Assembly (NCBI GenBank): GCA_035708165.1
Contig: DASSSZ010000003.1
Span: 23,954-87,953, forward strand
Length of the DNA stretch: 64,000 nucleotides
Origin: Minisyncoccota bacterium
Lineage (GTDB): Bacteria > Patescibacteriota > Minisyncoccia > Phycocordibacterales > UBA2100
Direction of reading: 5' to 3'
In this document: piece by piece, positions 18,045 through 27,690 of the stretch
Position numbering within the stretch: the stretch's first letter is position 1
Layout of the letters: every line of letters starts with the position of its first letter
Notes under the pieces: model-generated
What the model saw: only the letters and a program-made list of their open reading frames with translations
What the model was told of the DNA's origin: nothing
Database searches by the model: none
Position numbers and translations under genes: made by a program

Positions 18045-19220
18045 TCAGCGCGTGTCGTGCAGCGAGAGCGCGGCCGGGATGCCGATCAGCATGACGATGC
18101 CGAGCGCGAGGAAGACGTACTGCAGCGGGAGGAAGGCGATGAAGAGCGACCCGAGCGCCGGCGCGAGGATGCTCGCGGCCGGGTAGAGCATGCGGAACGC
18201 GCCGATCGCGCTCGTCTCCGAGCCGTCCACCTTCTTGAAGAAGTACGTCTCGCTCATGATGTCGATGAAGGATGCGCCCACGCGCGTCGCGAAGAGCGCG
18301 ATAGCCCAGAGCACGAGCGAGGCGGAGGTGACGAACGAGAGCGCGCCGGTCGCGAGCGCGACGATCACGAAGCCGAGCACGAGCATCTCCTGCTCCCCGA
18401 GCTTCAGATCCGCGATGCGGCCGGCAGGGATCTCGATGAAGATGTACGGGGAGAGCATGATCGTGAAGATGATGCCGGTCTCCTCGAGCGTGAATCCGAG
18501 GACCTGGTAGAGGTAGAGCGGCGTATAGACGGCCATGGCGGCGAAGAAGAAGCGCAGCAGGAACTGCGCGATGAAGACGCCGCGCAGGTCGCGATCCCTC
18601 GCGATCCGCGCGAGCACTCGCATCCAGCGGATCTCGCTCGGCGCCGGCGTCTCCATCTGCGCGAGCGACCCGAAGCCGATGGCAAGCAGCGGCAGGCAGA
18701 GGGCGGCCATCGTGAGGTAGAGCGAATGGAAGCCGCCCGTGGCGAGGATGAGCCCGGCGATGAATGGCGCGATCGCATTCGCGAGGTTGGCCATCGTGAG
18801 GAAGATCGAACGCACGCTGCCGGTCTTCTCCCGCTCCGGCGTCGCGTCCTCGAGGAAGAGGTCGAGGCAGTACCCGATGAGGTAGAGGACCGCGTTGCCG
18901 ATGATGAACGCGAGCACCAGGAGCCAGGGAAGCGCGACATACGCGAGCAGGAGCGACGCGATGCCGGAGACCACGACGCCCGCGATCCACGGGGCGAAGA
19001 CGCTGCGCTTCATGAGCCGGGGCGCGATGATGAAGATGAGCGCCGCGAGCGCCGCCGCTGCCGAGAACGTGAGGCCGATCTTCGCCTCGACGATGCCGCG
19101 CGAAAGCAGGAAATTCGCGTTGAAGTATGCGCCGAGCGCCCAGGAGAGGTTGAATACGAAATTGAGGAGGTAGAGCCCGCGCCGGGCATGGCTGTACGCG
19201 CGCGTCGTCATGCGCTCCAT
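18045..19220 (-). CDS. MFS transporter
   Basis: Twelve predicted TM helices. Start MERMTTRAY at 19220 (or 19211). Confidence 0.8.
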   Translation of the reverse strand: MERMTTRAYSHARRGLYLLNFVFNLSWALGAYFNANFLLSRGIVEAKIGLTFSAAAALAALIFIIAPRLMKRSVFAPWIAGVVVSGIASLLLAYVALPWLLVLAFIIGNAVLYLIGYCLDLFLEDATPEREKTGSVRSIFLTMANLANAIAPFIAGLILATGGFHSLYLTMAALCLPLLAIGFGSLAQMETPAPSEIRWMRVLARIARDRDLRGVFIAQFLLRFFFAAMAVYTPLYLYQVLGFTLEETGIIFTIMLSPYIFIEIPAGRIADLKLGEQEMLVLGFVIVALATGALSFVTSASLVLWAIALFATRVGASFIDIMSETYFFKKVDGSETSAIGAFRMLYPAASILAPALGSLFIAFLPLQYVFLALGIVMLIGIPAALSLHDTR

Positions 19221-19294
19221 CCTAGCACTCGCCGTGCGGGAGGGGAGTGGATAGAGATGCGGGCAGCACCGGTTCCGGTACTGTCCGCATGGTG

Positions 19295-19882
19295 TCACGC
19301 ATCGTTCGGGAAGAGGATATTGGAGTCAGAGGTCGTGCTGCCGTCCGGCAGGACGATCAGGTGCTCCTCGACCCAGCGGCGCTTCGCGCCGAGCGCAGCG
19401 CGATCCGCGGCGATCCGTTTCGCCACGTAGATGACGAGGTGGTCCGGCGCGCCGGGCGGCGGCTGTGTGTGGAGGAGTGTGAAGATCCCGAGCGCCGTCT
19501 TGAACAGCGCGGCGTCCACGTGCGACTCGGCGTCGATATTCTCGGGGCACCGGTCGGTCATGGCATCGCAGTAGCCTTCCGCCGACTGCTCCGTGGCGTG
19601 GTGGCGGACATAGAGCCAGCCGCTATCCACGCTGCGGTCGAACCCGCGTATCGGCTCGATGCGCGTGCGGGAGTATCCCGCGGTCGCCGTGCGATCGAGA
19701 GTATACAGGACGGGCGACGGGTGCTGGCGCGCGGCCGGCCCCGCATGCTCCGCTTCCCAGGAGAATCCCCGGAGGCGGTAGAGCTGCGGGAATCGCTGGC
19801 CGCTCGGCGCGATCACCGGCTCGGTCGGATCCGCCGCATGGATCGGGGCGGGCTCGTAGTCCAGATAGGCAAGAGTGCTCAC
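19295..19882 (-). CDS. hypothetical protein
   Basis: 195-aa ORF with AAGGAG RBS upstream. No recognised domain. Confidence 0.5.
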   Translation of the reverse strand: MSTLAYLDYEPAPIHAADPTEPVIAPSGQRFPQLYRLRGFSWEAEHAGPAARQHPSPVLYTLDRTATAGYSRTRIEPIRGFDRSVDSGWLYVRHHATEQSAEGYCDAMTDRCPENIDAESHVDAALFKTALGIFTLLHTQPPPGAPDHLVIYVAKRIAADRAALGAKRRWVEEHLIVLPDGSTTSDSNILFPNDA

Positions 19883-19957
19883 TCGAATCTCCTTGAGTCC
19901 CTAGAACATGCTCTTCTGCGAATATGCGGCATCGCTGCGATTCCGTCAATGCAGAAA

Positions 19958-19982
19958 GAAGGCTCCCCCAGGGGGAGCCTTC
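19958..19982. terminator. hairpin downstream of rnj
   Basis: GAAGGCTCCCCC-A-GGGGGAGCCTTC. Confidence 0.6.
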
Positions 19983-20007
19983 TGCCGAGCGTCTGCGGCG
20001 CAGCCTG

Positions 20008-21903
20008 CTAGACGCTCACGATGACCGGGATGACGATCGGGCGCTTCTGCGTCTTCTGCAGGAGGAAGTGCGAGACGGCCTCGGCGAGGTCCACGCGGGC
20101 GTCCTCGAGGTCTGCCGTACGCGGATTCTTCATCGAGTCCTCGACCGCCTTGCGCACGATGAGGCGCGTCTGGTCCATGAGGTCCTTGTTGTCGCGCAGG
20201 TACACGAAGCCGCGGGAGATCACGTCCGGGCTCTTGTGGAGCTTGCCGGTGCGCTTATCCACGGTGGCTACGACCACGCAGAAGCCTTCCTGCGCGAGCG
20301 CGAGGCGGTCCTTCATCAGGACGTCCTTGAGTTCGCCGATCGACTGGCCTTCGACGACGCGCAGCTCCGCCGGCGCCTTCTCCTTGCGCTTCACGATCTT
20401 GGCGCCGTCGATGATCTCGATCACCGAGCTGTTATCCGGCACGATGATGTTGTTGGCGTTGACGCCCATCGACTCGGCGAGATCCGCGTGCACGCGCAGC
20501 ATGTAGTGGTAGCCGTGCTGCGGGATGAAGAACTTCGGCTTGATCTGGCTGTGGATCCACTTGGCCTCCTCGCGGTTGCCGTGGCCCGAGGCGTGCACGT
20601 CGCTCGTCTGGTAGGTGATGATGTGCGCGCCCTGGCGGGAGAGGTTGTCCTTGAGGCGCTGGACCGCGCGCTCGTTGCCCGGGATGACCGAGCTCGAGAG
20701 CACGACCGTATCGGTCGGCTGGATGCGCACGAAGCGGTGCGTCTTGGTCGCGATGCGCATGAGGCTCGCGAACTCGTCGCCCTGCGCGCCCGTGGCGAGC
20801 AGGATGACCTTCTCCGGCGGGTAGTCGTTCACCTGGTCGACCGGGATGAGCGTGTCGTCCTTGAACTTGAGGATCCCGAGCTCGCGGGCGATCTCGATGT
20901 TCGTCTTCATGGAGCGGCCGTCGATCGCGATCTTGCGGTGGTACTTCTCCGCGAAGGAGACGATCCTGATCAGGCGCTCGAGGTGGCTCGCGAACATGCC
21001 GATGATGAGGCGTTTGCGCGAGTCCTTGATGATCTTCTCGAGCGTGTCATACACGGTGGACTCGGGGATGGACCATCCCGGGCGCTCGATGTTGGTCGAG
21101 TCCATCATGAGCAGGAGCACGTTGCGGTCCTTGAAGATGCCGTACTCGCGCTTCTCCTCCTCGGACGGGTCGCCGTTCTCGTGCGAGAGCTTGATATCGC
21201 CCGTGAAGACGACGTCGCCCCACTTCGTCTCGATGATGATGCCCATCGAGTCCGGCACGGTATGCGTCACCGAGAAGAAGCGGACGGTGAGCGCGCCCAG
21301 CTCGATGACGGTCTCCTTCTCCACGATGCGCATGTCGATCGCGGGCAGGTAGGGGAATTCCTCCTGGCGCTTCGCGATCATCGCCGCGGTGAGCTTGCGC
21401 GTATAGATCGGCGGATTGCCGATGCGGTCGATGATATACGGGATGCCGCCGATGTGGTCGAGGTGGCCATGCGTGATGACGAGGCCGCGGATCTTATCGC
21501 GACGCTCCTCGAGGTACTGCGTGTTGGGGAGGATGTAGTCGATGCCCGGGGTGTCGAGCTCGCGGAACTGGAAGCCGGCGTCCACGACGATGATGTCGTC
21601 GCCGATCTCGACGGCCGTCATGTTGCGGCCGATCTCCTCCACGCCGCCTAGGGGGATGATGCGGACAGCGTCCGCTGCCGGCTCGGGGATCGGGCGGCTC
21701 TTGGTCATCGGCGCGCTCCTAAGCGGCTTCTTGGTGCTCGTGGGGCGTGAGCGGCGCGCCTGGCCGATCTTCGGCCGGCGCTCGCGGTCTCCGTTGCGCG
21801 CGCCGCGCGAGCGGCTGCCCGCGCCGCGGCCGCGGCCGCCGCGGCTGCTGCGCGGCTCGTCCCCGCCCATGAGCGAGCGGGAGCTGTTCGGATTCTTTTC
21901 CAT
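20008..21903 (-). CDS. rnj: ribonuclease J (beta-CASP metallo-beta-lactamase RNase) with Arg/Gly-rich N-terminal extension
   Basis: HGHLDHIGG metallo-beta-lactamase motif, beta-CASP region, C-terminal RNase J domain. Start MEKNPNS verified at 21901-21903. Confidence 0.9.
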   Translation of the reverse strand: MEKNPNSSRSLMGGDEPRSSRGGRGRGAGSRSRGARNGDRERRPKIGQARRSRPTSTKKPLRSAPMTKSRPIPEPAADAVRIIPLGGVEEIGRNMTAVEIGDDIIVVDAGFQFRELDTPGIDYILPNTQYLEERRDKIRGLVITHGHLDHIGGIPYIIDRIGNPPIYTRKLTAAMIAKRQEEFPYLPAIDMRIVEKETVIELGALTVRFFSVTHTVPDSMGIIIETKWGDVVFTGDIKLSHENGDPSEEEKREYGIFKDRNVLLLMMDSTNIERPGWSIPESTVYDTLEKIIKDSRKRLIIGMFASHLERLIRIVSFAEKYHRKIAIDGRSMKTNIEIARELGILKFKDDTLIPVDQVNDYPPEKVILLATGAQGDEFASLMRIATKTHRFVRIQPTDTVVLSSSVIPGNERAVQRLKDNLSRQGAHIITYQTSDVHASGHGNREEAKWIHSQIKPKFFIPQHGYHYMLRVHADLAESMGVNANNIIVPDNSSVIEIIDGAKIVKRKEKAPAELRVVEGQSIGELKDVLMKDRLALAQEGFCVVVATVDKRTGKLHKSPDVISRGFVYLRDNKDLMDQTRLIVRKAVEDSMKNPRTADLEDARVDLAEAVSHFLLQKTQKRPIVIPVIVSV

Positions 21904-21917
21904 TGTTGTTCTGAGTG

Positions 21918-21933
21918 CGGCCGCATGCGGCCG
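21918..21933. promoter_or_regulatory. 16-bp perfect palindrome in rnj 5' leader
   Basis: CGGCCGCATGCGGCCG, 15 nt upstream of the RNase J start codon. Confidence 0.35.
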
Positions 21934-22078
21934 TATGCACATGAGTTAGTAATGCCTGGTAATGGATTCGAAAAGATGATTCTTACGAATGCCGTATGAA
22001 AATCGATTGCGGGTGCAAGAGAAGCTGCTGTCGCGCCGAGTATCCTCACGCAGGGTCCGCGATCCGTGCAGGCGGGTC

Positions 22079-23938
22079 CTAGCTGCTGAAGATATCCCAG
22101 ACGGACTTGCTCTCGATATACCAGCGGTACACGGTATCGAACCGATCCGCTGCGCTCGTGAGCGCGCCTAGCTGGACGCCCTTGAGATCCTGGGGGATGA
22201 CGTAGATGAAGTCGGGCGCGTAGAGGAACACTGCAGGATGATCTTCCTTGACCAGGCCCGCGAATTGCTCGTAGTCGGCTTCGCGGAGGGCGCGATCCGT
22301 CTGCCCGCGCGCTTCGGAGAGTAGCGTATCAGCTTTCGAGTTCGTATACAAGGCCAGGTTGAGGCCAGGGTCGTTGCGCTGCGCGGAGTCCCAGAAGGCG
22401 AACAGGTCGAGCGAACGGCCCACGACTTCGCCGAAGAGGAGCGCATCGTAGTTGCGTGAGCGGATCACGTTCACGTTGATCGAGCCGGCGGAGAAGACCT
22501 TCACCGTGACATCCGCGCCCATGGCCTTCCAGGCCGCTGCCACGGCATTCGCCGTCGCGACCAGCTCCGGCGTATCGGCCGTGGAGATCGAGAACGCGAG
22601 CGGCTGGCCCTTCTTCGCGTAGACGCTCGTGCTCGCAGTGAGCGTCCAGCCGTCCTTCTCGAGGATCTCCCGCGCTGCCAGGACCCCTGCGGAAAGGGCA
22701 GGCGAGCTCGTCGCGGCCGTGCTCGTCGCGCTGCCCATGGCGGCAGGCGAGCTCGTGGCCACGTCCGCGTAGCCGTCCTGCATCACGCCCGGCGGGATCG
22801 GGCCGTCGAGCGGCACGCCGTAGCCGGCGAGCGCCGTAGCAATCACCGATTGCTTGTCGAGCGCGACCGAGAGCGCCTCGCGCACCTTCCCGTCGAGGAA
22901 GATCGGCTGCTGGTTCTGGTTGAGGAAGACAGCGAAATCGCGCGGCAGGGTCGCCGTGAGGATGTCGTCGGCGGGCGCCTGCAGCACCGGGACCTTGGTC
23001 GCGGTGATGCCCGCGACCGCATCCACCGAGCCGGCCTGGTAGGCGCTGATCTGCGCATCCTCGCTCGCATAGAACTTGAGGTCGAGCGCGCGGATGTACG
23101 GCGCGCCCAACGCGAACGAGTCGAATGCCGTGAGCACGTACTCGGTCGGCGTGCCGCTCTGATCCGTCCGGATGCGCGAGACCGCGTACGGCCCGGAGCC
23201 GACGGGCTTCGTATTGAGCTGGTTGAAGGCGAATTCATCGGCGGTCACGTCGCCCCAGAGGTGCTTCGGAAGGATGCCGATCGTCGTATTCTCGAGGAAG
23301 GGCGCATACGCGGCCGGCAAGGTGAACTGGACGGTATGCTCATCGAGCGCCGTCACCGTGACGCCGTCCCAATTCGCGCGCTCAGGGCTCTTGATATCAG
23401 GGTCCTGCGCCTCGCTGATGGTGAAGACGACATCCTCGGCGGTCACCGGCGTGCCGTCCTGGAATACCGCATCCGGGCGGATCGTGAACGTGTACGTCTT
23501 GCCGTCATCGGAGACGGTGTAGCCGCTCGCGAGATCAGGGACATAGGAGCCGTCCGGCATGGCCCGCATGAGGCCCGAGTAGACGAGCGCCGTGAGGTCG
23601 CGGTCCGCATCCGAGCTCGCGAGGAGCGGATTGATGAAGCGCGGCGTGCCGACGATGCCCTCGGTGAGCGTGCCGCCCGGCGCCGGCTGCTCGCTCATGG
23701 CCGGCGCCGCGACGCCAGCGAGCATGCCGATCGCGCCTGCCGCGAGCAGGACTGTCAGGAACGCGAGCAGCAGGCGCTCGGCAGGGCTGAAGCGCGCTGC
23801 AGCGCGCTCGAGCTGCGCGATGCCGGGCACCGAGCGCATGTGGAGGACGCGCTGCGTGATGGAACGCACGTGCTGCGGGATAGACGCGAGGTCGTAGTAC
23901 TGCTCGCCATCCGGGGATGAAGGATCGGTTGATTCCAT
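22079..23938 (-). CDS. ABC transporter substrate-binding protein, family 5 (peptide/nickel type), membrane-anchored, orphan
   Basis: SBP_bac_5 architecture (FINPLLASSDADRDLTALVYSGL ...) with N-terminal TM anchor. No permease or ATPase genes adjacent. Confidence 0.8.
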   Translation of the reverse strand: MESTDPSSPDGEQYYDLASIPQHVRSITQRVLHMRSVPGIAQLERAAARFSPAERLLLAFLTVLLAAGAIGMLAGVAAPAMSEQPAPGGTLTEGIVGTPRFINPLLASSDADRDLTALVYSGLMRAMPDGSYVPDLASGYTVSDDGKTYTFTIRPDAVFQDGTPVTAEDVVFTISEAQDPDIKSPERANWDGVTVTALDEHTVQFTLPAAYAPFLENTTIGILPKHLWGDVTADEFAFNQLNTKPVGSGPYAVSRIRTDQSGTPTEYVLTAFDSFALGAPYIRALDLKFYASEDAQISAYQAGSVDAVAGITATKVPVLQAPADDILTATLPRDFAVFLNQNQQPIFLDGKVREALSVALDKQSVIATALAGYGVPLDGPIPPGVMQDGYADVATSSPAAMGSATSTAATSSPALSAGVLAAREILEKDGWTLTASTSVYAKKGQPLAFSISTADTPELVATANAVAAAWKAMGADVTVKVFSAGSINVNVIRSRNYDALLFGEVVGRSLDLFAFWDSAQRNDPGLNLALYTNSKADTLLSEARGQTDRALREADYEQFAGLVKEDHPAVFLYAPDFIYVIPQDLKGVQLGALTSAADRFDTVYRWYIESKSVWDIFSS

Positions 23939-23976
23939 TCGAAGGTGCGCGAAGCCGCACCAGCCGGCCGCGCGGG

Positions 23977-24189
23977 CTAGCCGATGAGCAGAGTGATGAG
24001 GGCCGAGAGCCCGAAGAGCACGCCGAGCACGATAGTCGCCCGGAAGAGCGTCTTCTCGAGACCGCGGCGCGTATGGAAGCCGGTGCTGAAGTTGTCAGCC
24101 CCGAACGCGCCGCCCAAGCTTGCGCCGGTCCGCTGCATCAGGATCGCGAGAATCAGGAGCACAGACAGGATGATCTGCGCGTACGGCAT
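23977..24189 (-). CDS. secG: preprotein translocase subunit SecG
   Basis: MPYAQIILSVLLILAILMQRTGASLGGAFGADNF matches the SecG TM1 and GGAFG loop. Alternative start at 24210. Confidence 0.7.
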   Translation of the reverse strand: MPYAQIILSVLLILAILMQRTGASLGGAFGADNFSTGFHTRRGLEKTLFRATIVLGVLFGLSALITLLIG

Positions 24190-24303
24190 GAATTGGACCA
24201 GGAAAAGCATGTGGCCCGCATGGTACCACGAGGCACGGGAAGCGGCAATGGCTTGCAGGCCGCTCCTCGCGTGATATCGTCCCCTCAGCAAAGGAGATCC
24301 GAT

Positions 24304-24888
24304 ATGAAAGCAGAGACGCAGCTGCAACTCATGCAGCGCCTCGTACGGTACGCGAATCGGCGCGAAGCGCGCTCGATCGCGATGGACCTCGTCCGCTGGG
24401 GCATCCCGCGGCCCTCGCGGACGCTCCTCGCGGTGGAGCAATCCGCCGCCTCGCTCGGACGGACGATCAAGGCGATGCCCGGGACGATCATGATCCGCCC
24501 GGGCCTCTCGCCGCAGCTCGTCGACAAGCTCTGGCGGATCCATGTATTCATGATCCACGAGCTCGCCGATCACGAGGTATCGGCCGTCCGCCGCGCGCTC
24601 GGCAGCTACCACCACCGGATGCTGCTGCGCTACCTCGCGACCCTGCCGGAAGCGCCGGAGTACCTGCGGCGGCTCGCGTTCATCCGGCGCGGCTTCCGCG
24701 AAGAGGTCGCACGCATGCTCTCGCCGGGCTTCCGTTCGCCCGAGGACCTGCTCGCGCGGCGCGAATGCGCGGATGCGCTCATCGCGCACGCGCGCAATCA
24801 GCGCGGAAGCGATTTCCATCGGACGATCGCGTTCTCGGCGCAGCTCCTGAGACGCGGCGTCTCGCGGGGCGAACTGCGGCGGCTCTGA
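24304..24888 (+). CDS. hypothetical protein
   Basis: ATG 24304 with AAAGGAG RBS. 194 aa, no recognised domain. Confidence 0.5.
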   Translation: MKAETQLQLMQRLVRYANRREARSIAMDLVRWGIPRPSRTLLAVEQSAASLGRTIKAMPGTIMIRPGLSPQLVDKLWRIHVFMIHELADHEVSAVRRALGSYHHRMLLRYLATLPEAPEYLRRLAFIRRGFREEVARMLSPGFRSPEDLLARRECADALIAHARNQRGSDFHRTIAFSAQLLRRGVSRGELRRL

Positions 24889-24909
24889 GCAGGAGCCGCC
24901 GCGTTTTTA

Positions 24910-24938
24910 TTGCGTGCGCATGGCGCGCGCTCTATAAT
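24910..24938 (+). promoter_or_regulatory. sigma-70-type promoter upstream of groES (TTGCGT-17-TATAAT)
   Basis: Exact -35/-10 hexamers with 17-nt spacer, 45 nt upstream of the groES ATG. Confidence 0.6.
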
Positions 24939-24983
24939 GCGGCCGAATTAGTAGTCATTGTAACGAGCGAGAGCTCAAACGAT

Positions 24984-25379
24984 ATGGCGAAAAAGGCGAA
25001 GAAAGCAGTGAAGAAGTCCCCGAAGAAGGCAGCGCGCAGCGCAGCGCCGAAGGCGGCGCGCGAGCGCGTGGCACCGAAGTCATCCATCGGCGTGGAGCCG
25101 TTGGGCGATCGCGTGCTGGTCCGGCCCATGGAGGCGGAGACGGTCACCGCCTCGGGCTTCGTCATCCCGGAGAACGCGAAGAAGGAGAAGCCGGAGCGCG
25201 GGGAAGTCGTCGCCGTCGGCGCAGGCCGCCGGGCGGATGACGGATCGCTCATCCCCATGCGCGTCGCGATCGGCGATATCGTCATGTTCAGCAAGTACGG
25301 CTTCGACGAGATAGAGGTCGGCGGCGTCACCTACGTGATCGTCAGCGAGCCGTCCATCCTCGCGATCCTTAGCAGCTAG
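24984..25379 (+). CDS. groES: co-chaperonin GroES with about 33-aa Lys/Ala-rich N-terminal extension
   Basis: IGVEPLGDRVLVRP...GEVVAVG GroES core. In-frame K/A-rich leader MAKKAKKAVKKSPKKAARSAAPKAA with high GC3. Confidence 0.85.
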   Translation: MAKKAKKAVKKSPKKAARSAAPKAARERVAPKSSIGVEPLGDRVLVRPMEAETVTASGFVIPENAKKEKPERGEVVAVGAGRRADDGSLIPMRVAIGDIVMFSKYGFDEIEVGGVTYVIVSEPSILAILSS

Positions 25380-25394
25380 CCTCACGAAAACCAT

Positions 25395-27032
25395 ATGGCA
25401 AAAGAAGTACGATTCGACGCGGATGTGCGCCAGGCGCTCGGCAGGGGCGTTGACACGGTAGCGAATGCCGTGCGCGTGACCCTCGGGCCGCGCGGCAGGA
25501 ACGTCGCCCTCGATAAGGGCTACGGCGGCCCCACGATCACGAATGACGGCGTCTCGATCGCCAAGGAGATCACGCTCGCCGACAAGTTCGAGAACATGGG
25601 CGCCTCGGTCATCAAGGAGGTGGCCACGAAGACGAACGACCGCGCGGGCGACGGCACCACGACGGCCGTCATCCTCACGCACGCGCTCGTCTCCGAAGGC
25701 CTCAAGCGCATCACCATGGGCGCGAATGCTACCATGGTGCGCCGCGGCATCGAGGCCGCAGCCCGGGACGCGGTCAGCGAGCTCCGGGCCATGGCGAAGC
25801 CGGTGAAGAGCAAGGAGGAGTACCGCCAGGTCGCGACCATCTCCGCGGAGTCCGAGGAGCTCGGCACCACGATCGCCGACACCATCGAGACGGTGGGGAA
25901 GGATGGCGTGGTCACCGTGGAGGAGAGCCAGTCGCTCGGGATCGAGAAGGAGGTGGTGGAAGGCATGCAGTTCGACAAGGGGTACGTCTCCGCCTACATG
26001 ATCACGAATGCGGAGCGCATGGAGGCGGAAGCCAAGGATGCGCCGATCCTCGTGACCGATAAGAAGATCTCCGCGATCGCGGACATCCTGCCTCTCCTCG
26101 AGAAGGTGGCGCAGACCGGCAAGAAGGAGCTCGTCATCATCGCAGACGACGTGGACGGCGAGGCGCTGACCGCCCTCGTGCTCAATAGGCTGAAGGGCGT
26201 CTTCGGCGTGCTTGCGATCAAGGCGCCGGGCTACGGCGACCGTAAGAAGGAGCTGCTCCAGGACATCGCGATCACGGTGGGGGCGGAGCTCATCTCCGAC
26301 GAGCTCGGCCGCTCGCTCGATACGGCGGATCTCTCGAGCCTCGGGCGCGCCGCGCGCGTCGTCGCTGCCAAGGATTCCACTGTCATCGTCGGCGGCAAGG
26401 GCGAGAAGAAGGCGATCGAGGAGCGCGCGGCGCAGCTTCGGGCGCAGCTCGCGCAGACCGACTCGAAGTTCGACAAGGAGAAGCTCGAGGAGCGCATCGC
26501 CAAGCTCACGGGCGGCGTCGCGGTCATCCGCGTCGGCGCCGCGACCGAGACGGAGATGAAGTACCTCAAGGACAAGATCGAGGATGCGGTGAACGCCACC
26601 AAGGCCGCGATCGAGGAGGGCATCGTCACGGGCGGCGGCTCGGCCCTCGCGAAGGTCGCCTCCGCGCTCTCGAAGAAGCACCTCAAGGAGAACGCGCACG
26701 ACGAGTTCTCGATCGGGTACCGCATCCTCGTCTCCGCGCTGACGGCGCCGCTCTCGCAGATCGCGATCAACGCGGGCCGTGAGGACGCGGCGGTGATCGT
26801 GCGCGACGTAACGGCGAAGGGCGGCGACTTCGGCTACGACGCCGCGTCCGATACGCTCGAGCCCACGATCGTGAACATGTACGAGGCAGGCATCATCGAC
26901 CCGGTGAAGGTCACCCGTTCCGGCGTCGAGAACGCCGCTTCGGCTGCGGCCGTCCTGCTCACCACCGAGGCCGCGATCGCCGAGATCCCGGAGGAGAAGC
27001 CGGCGCAGCAGATGCCGCCGATGGACTACTAG
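25395..27032 (+). CDS. groEL: chaperonin GroEL
   Basis: Canonical GroEL sequence (AVKAPGFGDRRK-like KAPGYGDRKK, GGGSALAKV). No C-terminal GGM tail. Confidence 0.95.
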   Translation: MAKEVRFDADVRQALGRGVDTVANAVRVTLGPRGRNVALDKGYGGPTITNDGVSIAKEITLADKFENMGASVIKEVATKTNDRAGDGTTTAVILTHALVSEGLKRITMGANATMVRRGIEAAARDAVSELRAMAKPVKSKEEYRQVATISAESEELGTTIADTIETVGKDGVVTVEESQSLGIEKEVVEGMQFDKGYVSAYMITNAERMEAEAKDAPILVTDKKISAIADILPLLEKVAQTGKKELVIIADDVDGEALTALVLNRLKGVFGVLAIKAPGYGDRKKELLQDIAITVGAELISDELGRSLDTADLSSLGRAARVVAAKDSTVIVGGKGEKKAIEERAAQLRAQLAQTDSKFDKEKLEERIAKLTGGVAVIRVGAATETEMKYLKDKIEDAVNATKAAIEEGIVTGGGSALAKVASALSKKHLKENAHDEFSIGYRILVSALTAPLSQIAINAGREDAAVIVRDVTAKGGDFGYDAASDTLEPTIVNMYEAGIIDPVKVTRSGVENAASAAAVLLTTEAAIAEIPEEKPAQQMPPMDY

Positions 27033-27049
27033 CACAGGGCTTCCTGCGC

Positions 27050-27080
27050 GCGAACGCCGCCTCCGGGCGGCGTTCGCTTT
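27050..27080 (+). terminator. Rho-independent terminator after groEL
   Basis: Perfect 12-bp stem GCGAACGCCGCC/GGCGGCGTTCGC, loop TCCG, followed by TTT. Confidence 0.75.
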
Positions 27081-27125
27081 GTGCTATACTGAGCGCACGG
27101 CATTACCGGATAACTACCGCACACC

Positions 27126-27686
27126 ATGATCCCGCTCATCATCGGCATCATCATCGCCCTCGCCATCATCTGGGCCATCTGGGAGTACAACCACTTCATC
27201 ACTCTCACGAACAGGGTGAAGGAGGCCTGGTCGGATATCACCGTCCAGCTGAAGCGCCGTTACGACCTCATCCCGAATCTCGTGGAGACGGTCAAGGGCT
27301 ACGCCGCGCACGAGGCCGGCACGCTCGAGCAGGTGACCGAGATGCGCACTCGCGCCATGAACGCTGAGGCCCCGGCGGAGAAGGCGCAGGCCGAGAATCA
27401 GCTCGCGGGCGCGCTCAAGTCCCTCTTCGCGGTCGCGGAGAACTATCCGAACCTCAAGGCCAACGAGAACTTCCTCGCGCTCCAGAACGAGCTCACCGAT
27501 ACGGAGAACAAGATCCAGGCGGCGCGCCGCTTCTACAACGGCGTCGTGATGGACCTCAACAACGGTCTGCAGTCCTTCCCGGGCAACCTGATCGGCGGCG
27601 CATTCCATTTCTCGCAGAAGGAATTCTTCCAGCTCGGCGACGCCGAGAACGCGGCCGTGCAGGAGCCGGTCAAGGTGCAGTTCTAG
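27126..27686 (+). CDS. lemA: LemA family protein
   Basis: N-terminal TM plus LemA domain (YNHFITLTNRVKEAWSDITVQLKRRYDLIPNLVETVKGYA). Confidence 0.85.
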   Translation: MIPLIIGIIIALAIIWAIWEYNHFITLTNRVKEAWSDITVQLKRRYDLIPNLVETVKGYAAHEAGTLEQVTEMRTRAMNAEAPAEKAQAENQLAGALKSLFAVAENYPNLKANENFLALQNELTDTENKIQAARRFYNGVVMDLNNGLQSFPGNLIGGAFHFSQKEFFQLGDAENAAVQEPVKVQF

Positions 27687-27690
27687 GCTT

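Noticed and set aside
19924-21651. 575-aa plus ORF antisense to rnj, and 43270..45903 877-aa plus ORF antisense to valS
   Set aside because: Low-complexity R/D/E-rich translations opposite strongly conserved enzymes.
24939-24983. Possible CIRCE (HrcA operator) between groES promoter and start
   Set aside because: Left half TTAGTAGTC matches CIRCE 7/9, but no acceptable right half GAGTGCTAA at 9-nt spacing. Too degenerate to call.
25080-27035. 651-aa minus ORF antisense to groEL
   Set aside because: Shadow of GroEL.
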